Source: a virus
Direction: 5' to 3' (one strand)
IMG/VR virus record: IMGVR_UViG_3300027733_000032
DNA: 64,000 nucleotides
Numbering within the stretch: position 1 is the stretch's first letter; every line of letters starts with the position of its first letter. Positions 42,701 through 50,959 of this stretch are shown piece after piece. The notes below the pieces were generated by a model. The model was not told the DNA's origin, did no database searches, and was given only the letters and a program-made list of their open reading frames with translations. The translations under genes and the position numbers were made by a program.

Positions 42701-44730
42701 TTAATTCGACTAGTGCTACTCAAGCCAAGTGGTGTTGGTATAAGTTTTCCAGGACGTGCTGGCTTAAAGCCCGCTTGACCAGAGCCACGACTTAAAGGTT
42801 CTCCGAATTTACCAATTTCCTTAGGTATGGATACGCCTTTTGAAAGTTTGAGCATTTCGTCATAGATTTCTTGGCGTTTTTTAACGTTCTTCTCATCACG
42901 ATACTTTTCATAAAGAGGTGTAAGTTTATTTTTTAATCGATAAGAAGATGGCGTATGGAATTGGATTTCATAAAAGAATCCGTCAGGATGGTCCACCATT
43001 ACGTTAATACCCTTGTAGGGGTCTCCTGACGTCCAGTAATTTGTCACCGATGCATTGTGCCCCTTCTTGGCCAAGGCAGAGATGACACCAAGAACGTCGT
43101 TTGTATATTTATTCACATCATCTGATTCAAATGTATAACGCAATGGGTCGTTCATTGACGTAATTGAGTCAGTGAGGTCTCCATCGAACAGGTTTTGCAA
43201 GCGTTGAGCCTTCAGGGCAAGTGATTCGACTGGTTTTTGTCTGTTTTTAAGACCACGCAAGTAAAGACTTGAGCCCTTTTTGTCGGCGAGACCCTTCATC
43301 ATTTGTGTTAGTTCAGGTTCATGTTGCGAAACAAACTTCATGAATTCTTGCGCTTCCTTTACGGCACGCTGAGAAGCAATATTTGATTTACCTACAGAAC
43401 GCAAGCCAGCGATAATTGGTGAACTTGGCAATGATGGACGCATCCATGGCGTTGCGTCTTGAACTAGACCATCATTATCAGCATCAATTGCGTCTGGGTC
43501 ATAAATTTGTACGGAGTTAATGGCACGTAGGGCAGGACCAAGTGCTTTTTCTGTCATGTACTTGTCGGCAATTCGCTTAATTGTATTTTTAATTGACTGT
43601 CTACGTGATTCAAAACCATCACCAGCCAACTCCGCAATTTTCTCAATCGGGTGCATGGATATTATTGGCTTCTTTTTATCGCGATAAGAAATTTCTTCTT
43701 CAATATCCTTGAGCCACTCCAGGTATTGCTCTGCATCTTCTCGCGATTTAAACTTGCCAAGATGTTCCCCATTTTTTGAAAAATAGGAAGAAGCGTTAGA
43801 TTGCTCTATTGTCTGCCCAAATTTTGTTATTAGCGGAACAATAATAAACATTCCTGCCTCGTCGCCAGAACCGTCAATTATGATTGGCTCAATAAGTGCC
43901 AAACTTCCATTTTGTTTTTCAATTGGCTCCCTATTGTCGATATCTAGATTCCCGGGAATAAAAGGTTTTACGGGTGGGTCGCCACCATATGACGGCGCAT
44001 TGGTAATTTCATTTAGTTTTTCTTTATTTGGAGAAAATGCTTGTTCTAATGGTTCCGTACTGACCATGCGGTCTTTTTCTGATGATGTATCAGAAAAAAC
44101 TTTTGGTGCATCAGGATTATTTGCAACTTCTTGAACGCTCGGCCCAAGTGTCTTTGAACGTGTTTTCTTGGAGGCATTAGCCGCCCTTTGTGTGTTTGCT
44201 ACGAATTGCTTACCTGTCTTGTCTCCCGCTAGTTTTTTGGCAATTGTCGCTCGTCTCTGAGAGGGGGTGAGTCGTTTCCATGCTGCCGCTGGGAGATAGC
44301 GGGTCATCCCACCTTTTCTTCGTGCAGGCTTGCCGTCCGAGGTCGTCCATCGTTCGCTTGTCCATTTTTTCAAAGAACGCTGGGTCCTACCAGGCTTGCC
44401 TCTATAGCCTCCACCAGCACGACGGTATGCTTGCGCTACGAGTTGTGCTTTTCGAGCAGACCACTGGCCCGGTCGACCGCCATCCGAACCAGCCATGATT
44501 CGCCGTTTGATTGTTTCGCGTAATTGTGGACGAGTGTATGGGATTTGTTTAATACCAAAACTGGGCTCGGTATCCCCTGCGTCATCTAGGAAATCTTTAG
44601 TTGCCTTTTCAACCCATCCAGGGGTGCTTCCATAGGCGCTGCGAGAAGAAGGGACCCTAAAGTTGCTTTGGCTTAATCGAGGCCGACCATTTCTATCCGT
44701 ATGTTCAACTTCTTGCATAAATTCTCCCAA
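39745..44730 (-). CDS. 1661-aa multidomain (polyvalent-type) protein: DUF5872-like, RelA/SpoT-like, HDxxGH peptidase-like, HTH repeats
   Basis: GGRPGQWSARKAQL; D.LRYT...NYW...YKGINV...YEIQFHTP; HDILGH..G.GF...GE; three C-terminal HTH-like repeats. Confidence 0.85.
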   Translation of the reverse strand: MGEFMQEVEHTDRNGRPRLSQSNFRVPSSRSAYGSTPGWVEKATKDFLDDAGDTEPSFGIKQIPYTRPQLRETIKRRIMAGSDGGRPGQWSARKAQLVAQAYRRAGGGYRGKPGRTQRSLKKWTSERWTTSDGKPARRKGGMTRYLPAAAWKRLTPSQRRATIAKKLAGDKTGKQFVANTQRAANASKKTRSKTLGPSVQEVANNPDAPKVFSDTSSEKDRMVSTEPLEQAFSPNKEKLNEITNAPSYGGDPPVKPFIPGNLDIDNREPIEKQNGSLALIEPIIIDGSGDEAGMFIIVPLITKFGQTIEQSNASSYFSKNGEHLGKFKSREDAEQYLEWLKDIEEEISYRDKKKPIISMHPIEKIAELAGDGFESRRQSIKNTIKRIADKYMTEKALGPALRAINSVQIYDPDAIDADNDGLVQDATPWMRPSLPSSPIIAGLRSVGKSNIASQRAVKEAQEFMKFVSQHEPELTQMMKGLADKKGSSLYLRGLKNRQKPVESLALKAQRLQNLFDGDLTDSITSMNDPLRYTFESDDVNKYTNDVLGVISALAKKGHNASVTNYWTSGDPYKGINVMVDHPDGFFYEIQFHTPSSYRLKNKLTPLYEKYRDEKNVKKRQEIYDEMLKLSKGVSIPKEIGKFGEPLSRGSGQAGFKPARPGKLIPTPLGLSSTSRINFIKEETTRQEKLLDKITNRQFKEKWGPLFDILDMNLELSDSEIRLKDKKGNNLLSQAGLNDLNKVFMYKRDKIRENPLNYDSPELERIIDAIDKFALDDEKKEFVLNQAREMLRLRKLFENTGRIKGANKRPMNRDFISAREFVKVPYRGAWIYPDGEIYPVFWHGDEHNYINSFKDGILRLDTARVTIQGEGAHLNLDAKIEKLTPSQIETVVELYEGFGRPKLVWEIQGHFFRFDEDGEIKKQSKDARQKILRESLDNDIYTNLTSVGGMSSRRRDMTDSEKERFRPIELAPDEKIKLQPGTTLVYADEDDRIIRTELIGPQLVRVRGISGIKLYTDPSPDNQNAVDAQMREWDELYGPVSSPQRQARGRGGQPDRTAREQSRPRVTNEDPIDRILRETEEARGRRGMSSRTDTYPILDGRDFEEILDELELNETEKDAARQALLQIYEDENNSTFATRQKTIDKIKNLLSDNPTTPIDEKTKEAIKSISIKVSSNGIPVIFAQPHPTISSILPNRDWSEIEAPSVEYLASILPQLKYKIKSPKDTSYTNQFRVGRDHRATEEAREKFEKQFRDIIRKLQGHDLSEKYQEYKNLDGSWVQQYVGLLLNPARGSAIPDIEHDILGHFGTGRGFDRHGEWANAMAITSFILDSDLLDLTEEERDAMALYWLGEYGIPQIFKQTYPERETSEELQGVVDLLGKIRFGEFNHAFDGSTRELIALLDAENTSREGVRSTSTRSIKLTEVSPELLLRAEKEASKDRYEFVLKSTLENLSSRPDKNKIISGMSSRTRLTDEQKQQMLEMLADGAGNSEIMKKLGVTMGAVRQFRIKNNIPPTGNNRLTDEQIQQIFEMLAYGMSDIQIAEKLGVTRGAIRNHRINNNIPSNLKAGQAATGKWGKAGIPASVVARNKKIIALHKLGKVDTEIARELGIGKTTVREIRVEAGLTRNDYRKWNSPSQLGRERSQNENMSQTREQIGKNKKSI

Positions 44731-44740
44731 GTGAGCGGGA

Positions 44741-45118
44741 TTAATTCATCTTCACGACGCCGTCGGGAATGACAGCGAATCGGCATTTTCCTTCTGGTTC
44801 AACGGGCATCGCTATAATCTTGCAGGAACCTCCACCCTCCCATAGGGTGCAATTCGAGCACTTTACTCCAATGTCTTTTTTGTTATTCTCAGCCGCCGAC
44901 TTATATCCAGCCCAGACTCCGGTGGCATCCTCGTTGAATTTTCCGTATTTCTGAGTTATAGCAATGAGAAAATCGGCCAATTCGTGTTCCTGTGGGTCAA
45001 GTTTGGCAGCAGTCAGGGCTACGGGGAGAGGGGAGGACGCTGTTAGGGGCGTTGATTCGACGACGAGGCTGACTTTACCGTTGAGTATTTCTTGAATAGT
45101 AGAAGGCTTCTGTTCCAT
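44741..45118 (-). CDS. HiPIP-like small Fe-S protein
   Basis: CSNC-x7-C-x10-C with W.G...C and V.P.G.C. Confidence 0.6.
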   Translation of the reverse strand: MEQKPSTIQEILNGKVSLVVESTPLTASSPLPVALTAAKLDPQEHELADFLIAITQKYGKFNEDATGVWAGYKSAAENNKKDIGVKCSNCTLWEGGGSCKIIAMPVEPEGKCRFAVIPDGVVKMN

Positions 45119-45144
45119 AACATTTATTATGCCATAGTTAACTA

Positions 45145-45306
45145 CTAGCGGGAGCGACCCTGTCCACGATATGCCTTTTTGTAGTTTTTGGATGACTTTA
45201 GGGCTGATGTTCCTCTTTTTGAATGGACGCCCTTATTTTTGGTCGTCTCTTCAATAACACGAGCAATTGTCGTTGTTGTTCTTGTTTTTGGTGAAGGTTT
45301 TGCCAT
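45145..45306 (-). CDS. 53-aa basic protein
   Basis: Below track cutoff; ends SKNYKKAYRGQGRSR, a motif seen in aquatic phages. Confidence 0.7.
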   Translation of the reverse strand: MAKPSPKTRTTTTIARVIEETTKNKGVHSKRGTSALKSSKNYKKAYRGQGRSR

Positions 45307-45364
45307 ACCTAATAATACACTAATACTAAGTAAAATATATAAAAGATTATTTATACTATAAAGT

Positions 45365-45574
45365 TCAACGCATTAGTTTCTGTATTTCTTGCATCTGAAA
45401 ATAAAGTAACTGAATCGTACGATTTGCCAAATCAGTAATATCTGGATTGGATGAATTCTTCGCAAAGTCGTTACACATTTGAATCCCTATTTTATGATTG
45501 CTCTCTATCATGCCAAGAAATCTCTCTTCTTCGGCTGAATATTCATTGTTGGTGGGATTCATTAGCCACCCCAC
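45365..45574 (-). CDS. short DUF305-like (ferritin-like) protein
   Basis: FL.MI..H...I.M......NP.I..LA...I......E...Q. Confidence 0.6.
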   Translation of the reverse strand: MGWLMNPTNNEYSAEEERFLGMIESNHKIGIQMCNDFAKNSSNPDITDLANRTIQLLYFQMQEIQKLMR

Positions 45575-45864
45575 ATTTGGGCCAATGTCGGCCTAGTAGG
45601 AGATATCCCCCTGCGCCGCTGCTCTGCTGCTAATTGCCTACTTGTTAGACCGGCCCAAACACCATGCATGTCTGCTGGCGGAAACTCAAGAGCATATTCA
45701 AGGCATCTAGCCTTTACTGGACACTCAGAACATAGTGCCCTGGCCTCAACAATATAGGTAATGTCTTTGTGTTCTTTTGGGAACATCAAATTACCCTTAC
45801 CCTTACATGAAGCATCTTTCATCCATTGGTGGTCACTGATTCCAAATGGTGGGAAATCATTCAT
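45562..45864 (-). CDS. whiB: WhiB family transcriptional regulator
   Basis: W...A.C; A...C..CPV...CLEYAL; GVWAGL turn. Confidence 0.93.
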   Translation of the reverse strand: MNDFPPFGISDHQWMKDASCKGKGNLMFPKEHKDITYIVEARALCSECPVKARCLEYALEFPPADMHGVWAGLTSRQLAAEQRRRGISPTRPTLAQMWGG

Positions 45865-46496
45865 GTACTTTTTTTCCTAGACTGTATTGTGTTTTCGTCC
45901 TGATGGTAAATGGCATACGGCGGACCTGTGTGAGGGTCGTATTTCGCCGTAATGGACATCGCTTTCAGAACGTGTTTTTTTGCTACAGCAAGTGAGAATG
46001 GGCGAGGCGGCATTAGTGCAGAAAGGGAACCGAGCGCATACTGTAATCCGCTTCCTATTGAGTACATGCCGCTTGAGTCAATTGACCACGCGTAATCATT
46101 TTCTATTTGATAAATTGTTCTATTGACAACAACCAGCATTTCGGAACCATGTTCCGCCAAGTGTTGGGACGCTTCCCTCGGAGGCGGCGAATATCCATTT
46201 GCATCAAAACACTCGCGCAATGCAGGAGTGAATTTATTTGTAACAAACTCATCAAGTTTCTTTCCCTTAAGTCCTGGAGCGGGCTGAGGAGGTTGAAACG
46301 AGTAATTTATGAGATTTATAGCGCGAAGGTCGCCTGCGACACCAACTAAGATATTGCCAATTTGAGCAATCTTCGAGATTCCCGCAGCGAGCGTTTGAAT
46401 TCGAGAAACATATCCCTCATCATCAATGCTTGAGATGCGACTATCGGAACACAGAACAGCAAAACCATCCCCCTGAATTCCGATAATTGTTGTCAT
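45861..46496 (-). CDS. Ntn-hydrolase peptidase (HslV/proteasome-beta-like)
   Basis: N-terminal M-TTIIG, DSRIS, KI, SIGSG..YALG. Confidence 0.85.
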   Translation of the reverse strand: MTTIIGIQGDGFAVLCSDSRISSIDDEGYVSRIQTLAAGISKIAQIGNILVGVAGDLRAINLINYSFQPPQPAPGLKGKKLDEFVTNKFTPALRECFDANGYSPPPREASQHLAEHGSEMLVVVNRTIYQIENDYAWSIDSSGMYSIGSGLQYALGSLSALMPPRPFSLAVAKKHVLKAMSITAKYDPHTGPPYAIYHQDENTIQSRKKST

Positions 46497-46497
46497 T

Positions 46498-47733
46498 TTA
46501 GGACTTGCTCTTTTTTACAGGAGTCTTTGTGCTTGCGAGGGTCTTTGTGCGGTCTGAAATAAATTCTTTCCCGCGGAACATTCCCCAGCCTGAATAAATT
46601 GGCATACATTCATATGAGAACTTATGGTCGCCGCCATCCTCGTACATTACGACTCCAAGACCTTGCTGCCAGTTTTCGTGGCGCACGAGAGGGCGACCGT
46701 CTAGGTCGACTCCACCTCGCGTGCTAGGAATGGCTCCATCGATGCGAGCAAGACATCCAGGTGAAGCGGCCATGATTGTTCGTGCGCCATCCCAGTCTTC
46801 ACGAGTCTTGAATGCACACTCAATGCGGTGAATGTGGCCGTAAATAACGCTACTTTTTTCAGCATTCAGGTACACGTGGGCGGTTGAGCCACCACTTTTC
46901 ACGCGGTCACCGTGAATGATGCGCAATTTCTGATTAACCCAAATGTCAGAAGCCGGATATCCAGGCCTGTACTCCACACCAAAATCATCCATTCGACATA
47001 GATATGGAACCGACATAACTGGCCAGGATTCCGGCGTATTGCCCTTGCGCAATCCATAAGCGGCACCAGCATTTTGAACAAGATACTTAGGCATCCGCTC
47101 TTCATGGTTGCCAGCAAGCCAGACAATTTGTGCATGTGGGGCAGCGTGGCGCATTTCGGCACAGAATGTAGTCGCTCTGTCGATTGTTGCCTGTGTTGTC
47201 AGCGCATAACTTGGATAAATCACATACTTGCCCATTTCTGGCAAGTCAAGGTTGTCTCCGACACAAACAATAAGTTCTGGCTTCAAGTGCTTGATGACGT
47301 TGAGCGCAACACTAATGGCGTCCTCGTCATGTGTTGGCTCCAAATCCCCATCACGATTTCTGAAATAACCAAATTGGATATCAGGTATGACGACACATGT
47401 CTTGAAAGTTTCAGCAGCCCTTGGAACTGAGGTGTTTTTGGGCAATCTGACTTCTGGGCCGCGTTGAATAATTGGCCATTCTGGGCCAGTTTCCCACTTG
47501 GGAGAAATTTGAATTGCAGCAAGGTCCACAATCTGTGGCTCGCCGTTCTCGTCCTTGAGCATTGATTGATAAATGGAGATTCTAGTAATATCGCCAACTT
47601 CATTAATATCAATGTTCTTGGAAGCAAGAAGGTCAGCGATTGCCCCAATCGTCTTAGCATTGGTCTCTTTTTGTTTTTCTTCGCCGATTTTATCTGAGAT
47701 ACTCATTTGCTTGTCTCCCGCATAAATCCGCAT
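46498..47733 (-). CDS. calcineurin-like metallophosphoesterase
   Basis: PDIQ, GD.LD, GNHE, HG, GHIHR motifs. Confidence 0.9.
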   Translation of the reverse strand: MRIYAGDKQMSISDKIGEEKQKETNAKTIGAIADLLASKNIDINEVGDITRISIYQSMLKDENGEPQIVDLAAIQISPKWETGPEWPIIQRGPEVRLPKNTSVPRAAETFKTCVVIPDIQFGYFRNRDGDLEPTHDEDAISVALNVIKHLKPELIVCVGDNLDLPEMGKYVIYPSYALTTQATIDRATTFCAEMRHAAPHAQIVWLAGNHEERMPKYLVQNAGAAYGLRKGNTPESWPVMSVPYLCRMDDFGVEYRPGYPASDIWVNQKLRIIHGDRVKSGGSTAHVYLNAEKSSVIYGHIHRIECAFKTREDWDGARTIMAASPGCLARIDGAIPSTRGGVDLDGRPLVRHENWQQGLGVVMYEDGGDHKFSYECMPIYSGWGMFRGKEFISDRTKTLASTKTPVKKSKS

Positions 47734-47969
47734 TTACAAAGATGGTTGTTTTCAAAGCAAAGACGTGCCTTAATGAGCGTGTCTTTGCATAATTGAATGC
47801 CTTCGCTATAAAGAATTTTTTCTAATGCCCGTGCGGATATTGAATTTGATGTCACTGCATCCATGAGGGCTTTCTGGTCGTCTGCAGACAAGCCCTCCAC
47901 GGTCTTGGCAAAATGGCACGTCTTGGTGCTCGCGCTTTGCTGGAACAATGTGATTTTTTCTGAAAGCAT
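47703..47969 (-). CDS. small HTH-like protein with Cys cluster
   Basis: IS.R.L..IL..EG; C...H.CKC; upstream of phosphoesterase. Confidence 0.65.
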   Translation of the reverse strand: MLSEKITLFQQSASTKTCHFAKTVEGLSADDQKALMDAVTSNSISARALEKILYSEGIQLCKDTLIKARLCFENNHLCKCGFMRETSK

Positions 47970-48037
47970 TGCTTACCTCCCTTTATTCTGTGTAATCTTG
48001 CTTTTATCGAACATTAGTTCTATGAGAGAAGTACTTA

Positions 48038-48370
48038 ATGGATTCAAACAAAATGTTAAATTTGTGGGGCAGTAATATTGAATCGTTAAAAAGTGGCGGC
48101 ATTCTTTCAACCAATGGGAGAGTGCTCTTGGCAATTATTTATGATAATCGAATTACGCAAATTGCAATTTCGGTGACGTTGAATCTTTCTGAGTCCGCAA
48201 TTGAAAAATCTGTTGCGTTCTGGAAGAACGCAGGTATTATCGAAGTGCGGAAGATTGGAAGACGAAATGTCTACGCCATTAATTTCGACACCCTGCACAC
48301 TCACCCTGATTTTGTAATAATGAAAGCACTTATAGAAAATGAAAATCAAATACAACTCAAAGTCACATGA
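48038..48370 (+). CDS. winged-HTH (MarR/ArsR-like) protein
   Basis: ITQ..IS..LNLSES.IEK.V..W..AG.IE.RK.GRRNVY. Confidence 0.8.
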   Translation: MDSNKMLNLWGSNIESLKSGGILSTNGRVLLAIIYDNRITQIAISVTLNLSESAIEKSVAFWKNAGIIEVRKIGRRNVYAINFDTLHTHPDFVIMKALIENENQIQLKVT

Positions 48371-48599
48371 CTTACTCAAGATTGCAAAAGTTTTTAATCG
48401 TCCGTTTACGGTCAAGGACGTTCGCCACATACTGGCAGTATTTGATAGGGACTCTCGTGTAAAAGAAAGTGCCGAGATTCTCATTACACACGGGCTACTT
48501 GTGAGGGTCGACGAGAATTCATATGCAATTACGCCAAAGGGAAGAGATGGGCTTTTTGAATTAGTGAGGCAGTATTCGTTAAAAACAATGCTTTCTTAA
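48339..48599 (+). CDS. winged-HTH protein
   Basis: L...GLL......YAITPKG wing motif. Confidence 0.7.
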   Translation: MKIKYNSKSHDLLKIAKVFNRPFTVKDVRHILAVFDRDSRVKESAEILITHGLLVRVDENSYAITPKGRDGLFELVRQYSLKTMLS

Positions 48600-48606
48600 T
48601 TGCTGT

Positions 48607-48942
48607 TTAATTTGACTTCGATATGAGCCAAGCCTGAAATACTTCATCATCAAGTGGGACGAACCAAAGTTGACTAGCCTCTGGGTCGTAGGAGTCACCA
48701 ACAAGTGACCAGCAAATTTGCAAAGTATCTTTTGCTGCGCATGAACCGACGTTGCAATCGAGCCCAAACCTGCTAATAAAATGGACAACTATGCATCCGA
48801 ATCTGTCGGTATGACATTCTCCGGAATCTCCAAATGGGCAAAATATATCAACTATTTCTACGTCAGATTTATTGATATGTAGTGTAATCAGGTGGCCGTC
48901 ATTATGCCACAGCATCTCGCTATCATTTACTACGGTGCTCAT
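48607..48942 (-). CDS. Cys-rich hypothetical protein
   Basis: ORF track; four Cys plus His. Confidence 0.7.
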   Translation of the reverse strand: MSTVVNDSEMLWHNDGHLITLHINKSDVEIVDIFCPFGDSGECHTDRFGCIVVHFISRFGLDCNVGSCAAKDTLQICWSLVGDSYDPEASQLWFVPLDDEVFQAWLISKSN

Positions 48943-49005
48943 TGTTGCCTTTGTTTAGATTTACATTTTTAGCCTACGTTTTGAGGCGAAGTTAACATGA
49001 GCCTA

Positions 49006-49239
49006 CTATTTGCTATCGGCTCTGTCAACTTTATTGAATACGGAGTTTATTTCTCCTACAGATAGTTTACCGTCATCTAGGTACGCCCGGGACAACCCTT
49101 CGACAACTTGCGCCACTCCGGCGACGCCAGCCATGAAGACTGCCTTCCATAAAGGAATGTTGGCGATAGCGCCAGCGCCGATAACACCAAGCCCTGAGGC
49201 TGCAAATGTTGCCAAAATACGAAATGCAAGAGTTTTCAT
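49006..49239 (-). CDS. holin-like membrane protein
   Basis: Two TM segments; within lysis cassette. Confidence 0.65.
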   Translation of the reverse strand: MKTLAFRILATFAASGLGVIGAGAIANIPLWKAVFMAGVAGVAQVVEGLSRAYLDDGKLSVGEINSVFNKVDRADSK

Positions 49240-49263
49240 AATTTTATCCCCTAATAATTGTTT

Positions 49264-49443
49264 TTATTCTTCAAATTCACCTTTTGCGTGGTCGTTGATA
49301 TGACCATCAATTTTAATCTCAATGCGATTTAATGACTGCACCACAAGGCTGTGGTCGTCCTTGTTCTCTTTGCGACCCTTCTGAATAATCACCGTCAAAA
49401 CGGCAAACACCCCACCGATGACTGCAACAAGTACCGCCTCCAT
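49264..49443 (-). CDS. 59-aa N-terminal TM plus coiled-coil protein
   Basis: Below track cutoff; MEAVLVAVIGGVFAVLTVIIQ...HINDH; typical of actinophage lysis cassettes. Confidence 0.7.
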   Translation of the reverse strand: MEAVLVAVIGGVFAVLTVIIQKGRKENKDDHSLVVQSLNRIEIKIDGHINDHAKGEFEE

Positions 49444-49712
49444 CAGATTTCCGAATCCGGGTTGTCGTTGCCTTTTCGAGAGTTAGAAATCATCAATCCA
49501 GCAAGGGTTCCGGTAATAAACGTGGCAACACTTGAAAGAACGCTAAAAAACATTTTGTCGTTCTCTGCTTGAGCACCGATGGGCTGGGTCACAAACACGA
49601 GCGCATACAAAATTGCCCCTGTCGTAAGGAGAAGAACTCCACCAAGGACGCAACCAATGACAAACTTGAGGCGAGCGTCCAATTCGTCTGCCGTGTAGCG
49701 TTTCTTCCTCAT
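49443..49712 (-). CDS. two-TM membrane protein
   Basis: GGAAAAG SD before ATG 49712; two TM segments. Confidence 0.7.
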   Translation of the reverse strand: MRKKRYTADELDARLKFVIGCVLGGVLLLTTGAILYALVFVTQPIGAQAENDKMFFSVLSSVATFITGTLAGLMISNSRKGNDNPDSEI

Positions 49713-49900
49713 GGTTGACTTCCTTTTCCGATAAGCGTGAACCAGCACGAGCCATTTACTTCGCAAATAGGTGGATTGCATTCTTCGTTCTCCCAGTTTG
49801 CGGGGTCTTGACATGGGTACCTAAAATGCCCATCACTACATGAAGTGAGCATTGGGGTAAGTAGCAAAGACAGACCAATTATTAATTGAGTAATTTTCAT
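49709..49900 (-). CDS. small Cys-rich lipoprotein
   Basis: Lipobox LTSC; YPCQDP.NW...C.PP.C...G.C. Confidence 0.7.
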   Translation of the reverse strand: MKITQLIIGLSLLLTPMLTSCSDGHFRYPCQDPANWENEECNPPICEVNGSCWFTLIGKGSQP

Positions 49901-49919
49901 GGCTCCCTTTCTGGGAATA

Positions 49920-50726
49920 TCAGCCAAACATTTTCTTCCATGTCACAGGACCAACGGAACCGTCGGTAGCCAAGCCATTAGCCTTTTGCCAAGCCTTCAA
50001 CGCCTCGACGGACTTGGGACCGAAATCGCCGTCAGCCTTGGCACCAATGATTGCTTGAACCAATGATGCGCTTGCGCCCTTGGAGCCCAAACCTACAGGT
50101 GTTCCTGGATAATCAAAGTGCATCCCACCGCCACCGGCAGGTGCAGCAGCAGCAGCGGCAGGAGCAGGTGCGGCGGAACCGTCGGGGGAAGCATCACCGA
50201 GAGCGTACTGCCAGTGCCATAGTTCAAATTCCTTAGAAGCCGGGTTGTCACCCTGTAGGTAAAAGCCGTACTTGGGAGCATTGGCACACATCCATGCGCC
50301 ACAAGCGCCACCCATTGAGGTGAGTTTGCCATTGACGTCATAACCAAGGTCGATTGCGAGTCCCCAGCCATGGTTGGAACCCTTGAGTCCAGTGGGGTCC
50401 GGTGCTGCCGAAGGGGCCTTGCCCTTCTTGAGGTACCAAGTCTTACCTTCATACTGACGGGTAACGCCAGTGCCAGTGTCTTCGGTGACGTAGCGGTCCA
50501 TGAACATGGTGAGTTGACCTTCAAAGGAACGGTAGTCGCCAACGTTCTTAAGTTTAAAACCTGCAGCGAGAGCAGCGTCGTATAACTTGTTAAATTGTTC
50601 TGCTACTGGGGCATACATCTGTCCACCAGTTTTTACTTTTGCTAAAACATTTGCTGGTAATTGGCCATTCTTGAACTGCTTGAGTGGCGTCGGTACAACA
50701 AGTTTAATGAAAGGGTACTGACTCAT
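49920..50726 (-). CDS. endolysin: M15 (VanY-like) peptidase plus peptidoglycan-binding domain
   Basis: YRS; S.HGWGLA.D; E.WHW; C-terminal DG.FGP.T...WQ..GL..DG.VGP.TW. Confidence 0.9.
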   Translation of the reverse strand: MSQYPFIKLVVPTPLKQFKNGQLPANVLAKVKTGGQMYAPVAEQFNKLYDAALAAGFKLKNVGDYRSFEGQLTMFMDRYVTEDTGTGVTRQYEGKTWYLKKGKAPSAAPDPTGLKGSNHGWGLAIDLGYDVNGKLTSMGGACGAWMCANAPKYGFYLQGDNPASKEFELWHWQYALGDASPDGSAAPAPAAAAAAPAGGGGMHFDYPGTPVGLGSKGASASLVQAIIGAKADGDFGPKSVEALKAWQKANGLATDGSVGPVTWKKMFG

Positions 50727-50959
50727 AAAAATCTCCCAAAGATACTAAAGTTATAGAAGTATATTGTACAGGGTTTACTCCTACTCGTCAGATGGTTTGA
50801 TGATTGCAATGAGCAGATGTAGCAATAAAGCAAATATAAATATCTGAATTCCTTGAGATTTTGTTGGTCCACTGAGAGTGATAAGAACCAAGATTGTCCC
50901 TGCCACTGTCCAGTTCAAGCCGTCAAGAATATTTAGTAATTTTTTAAAGTATTTTTTCA

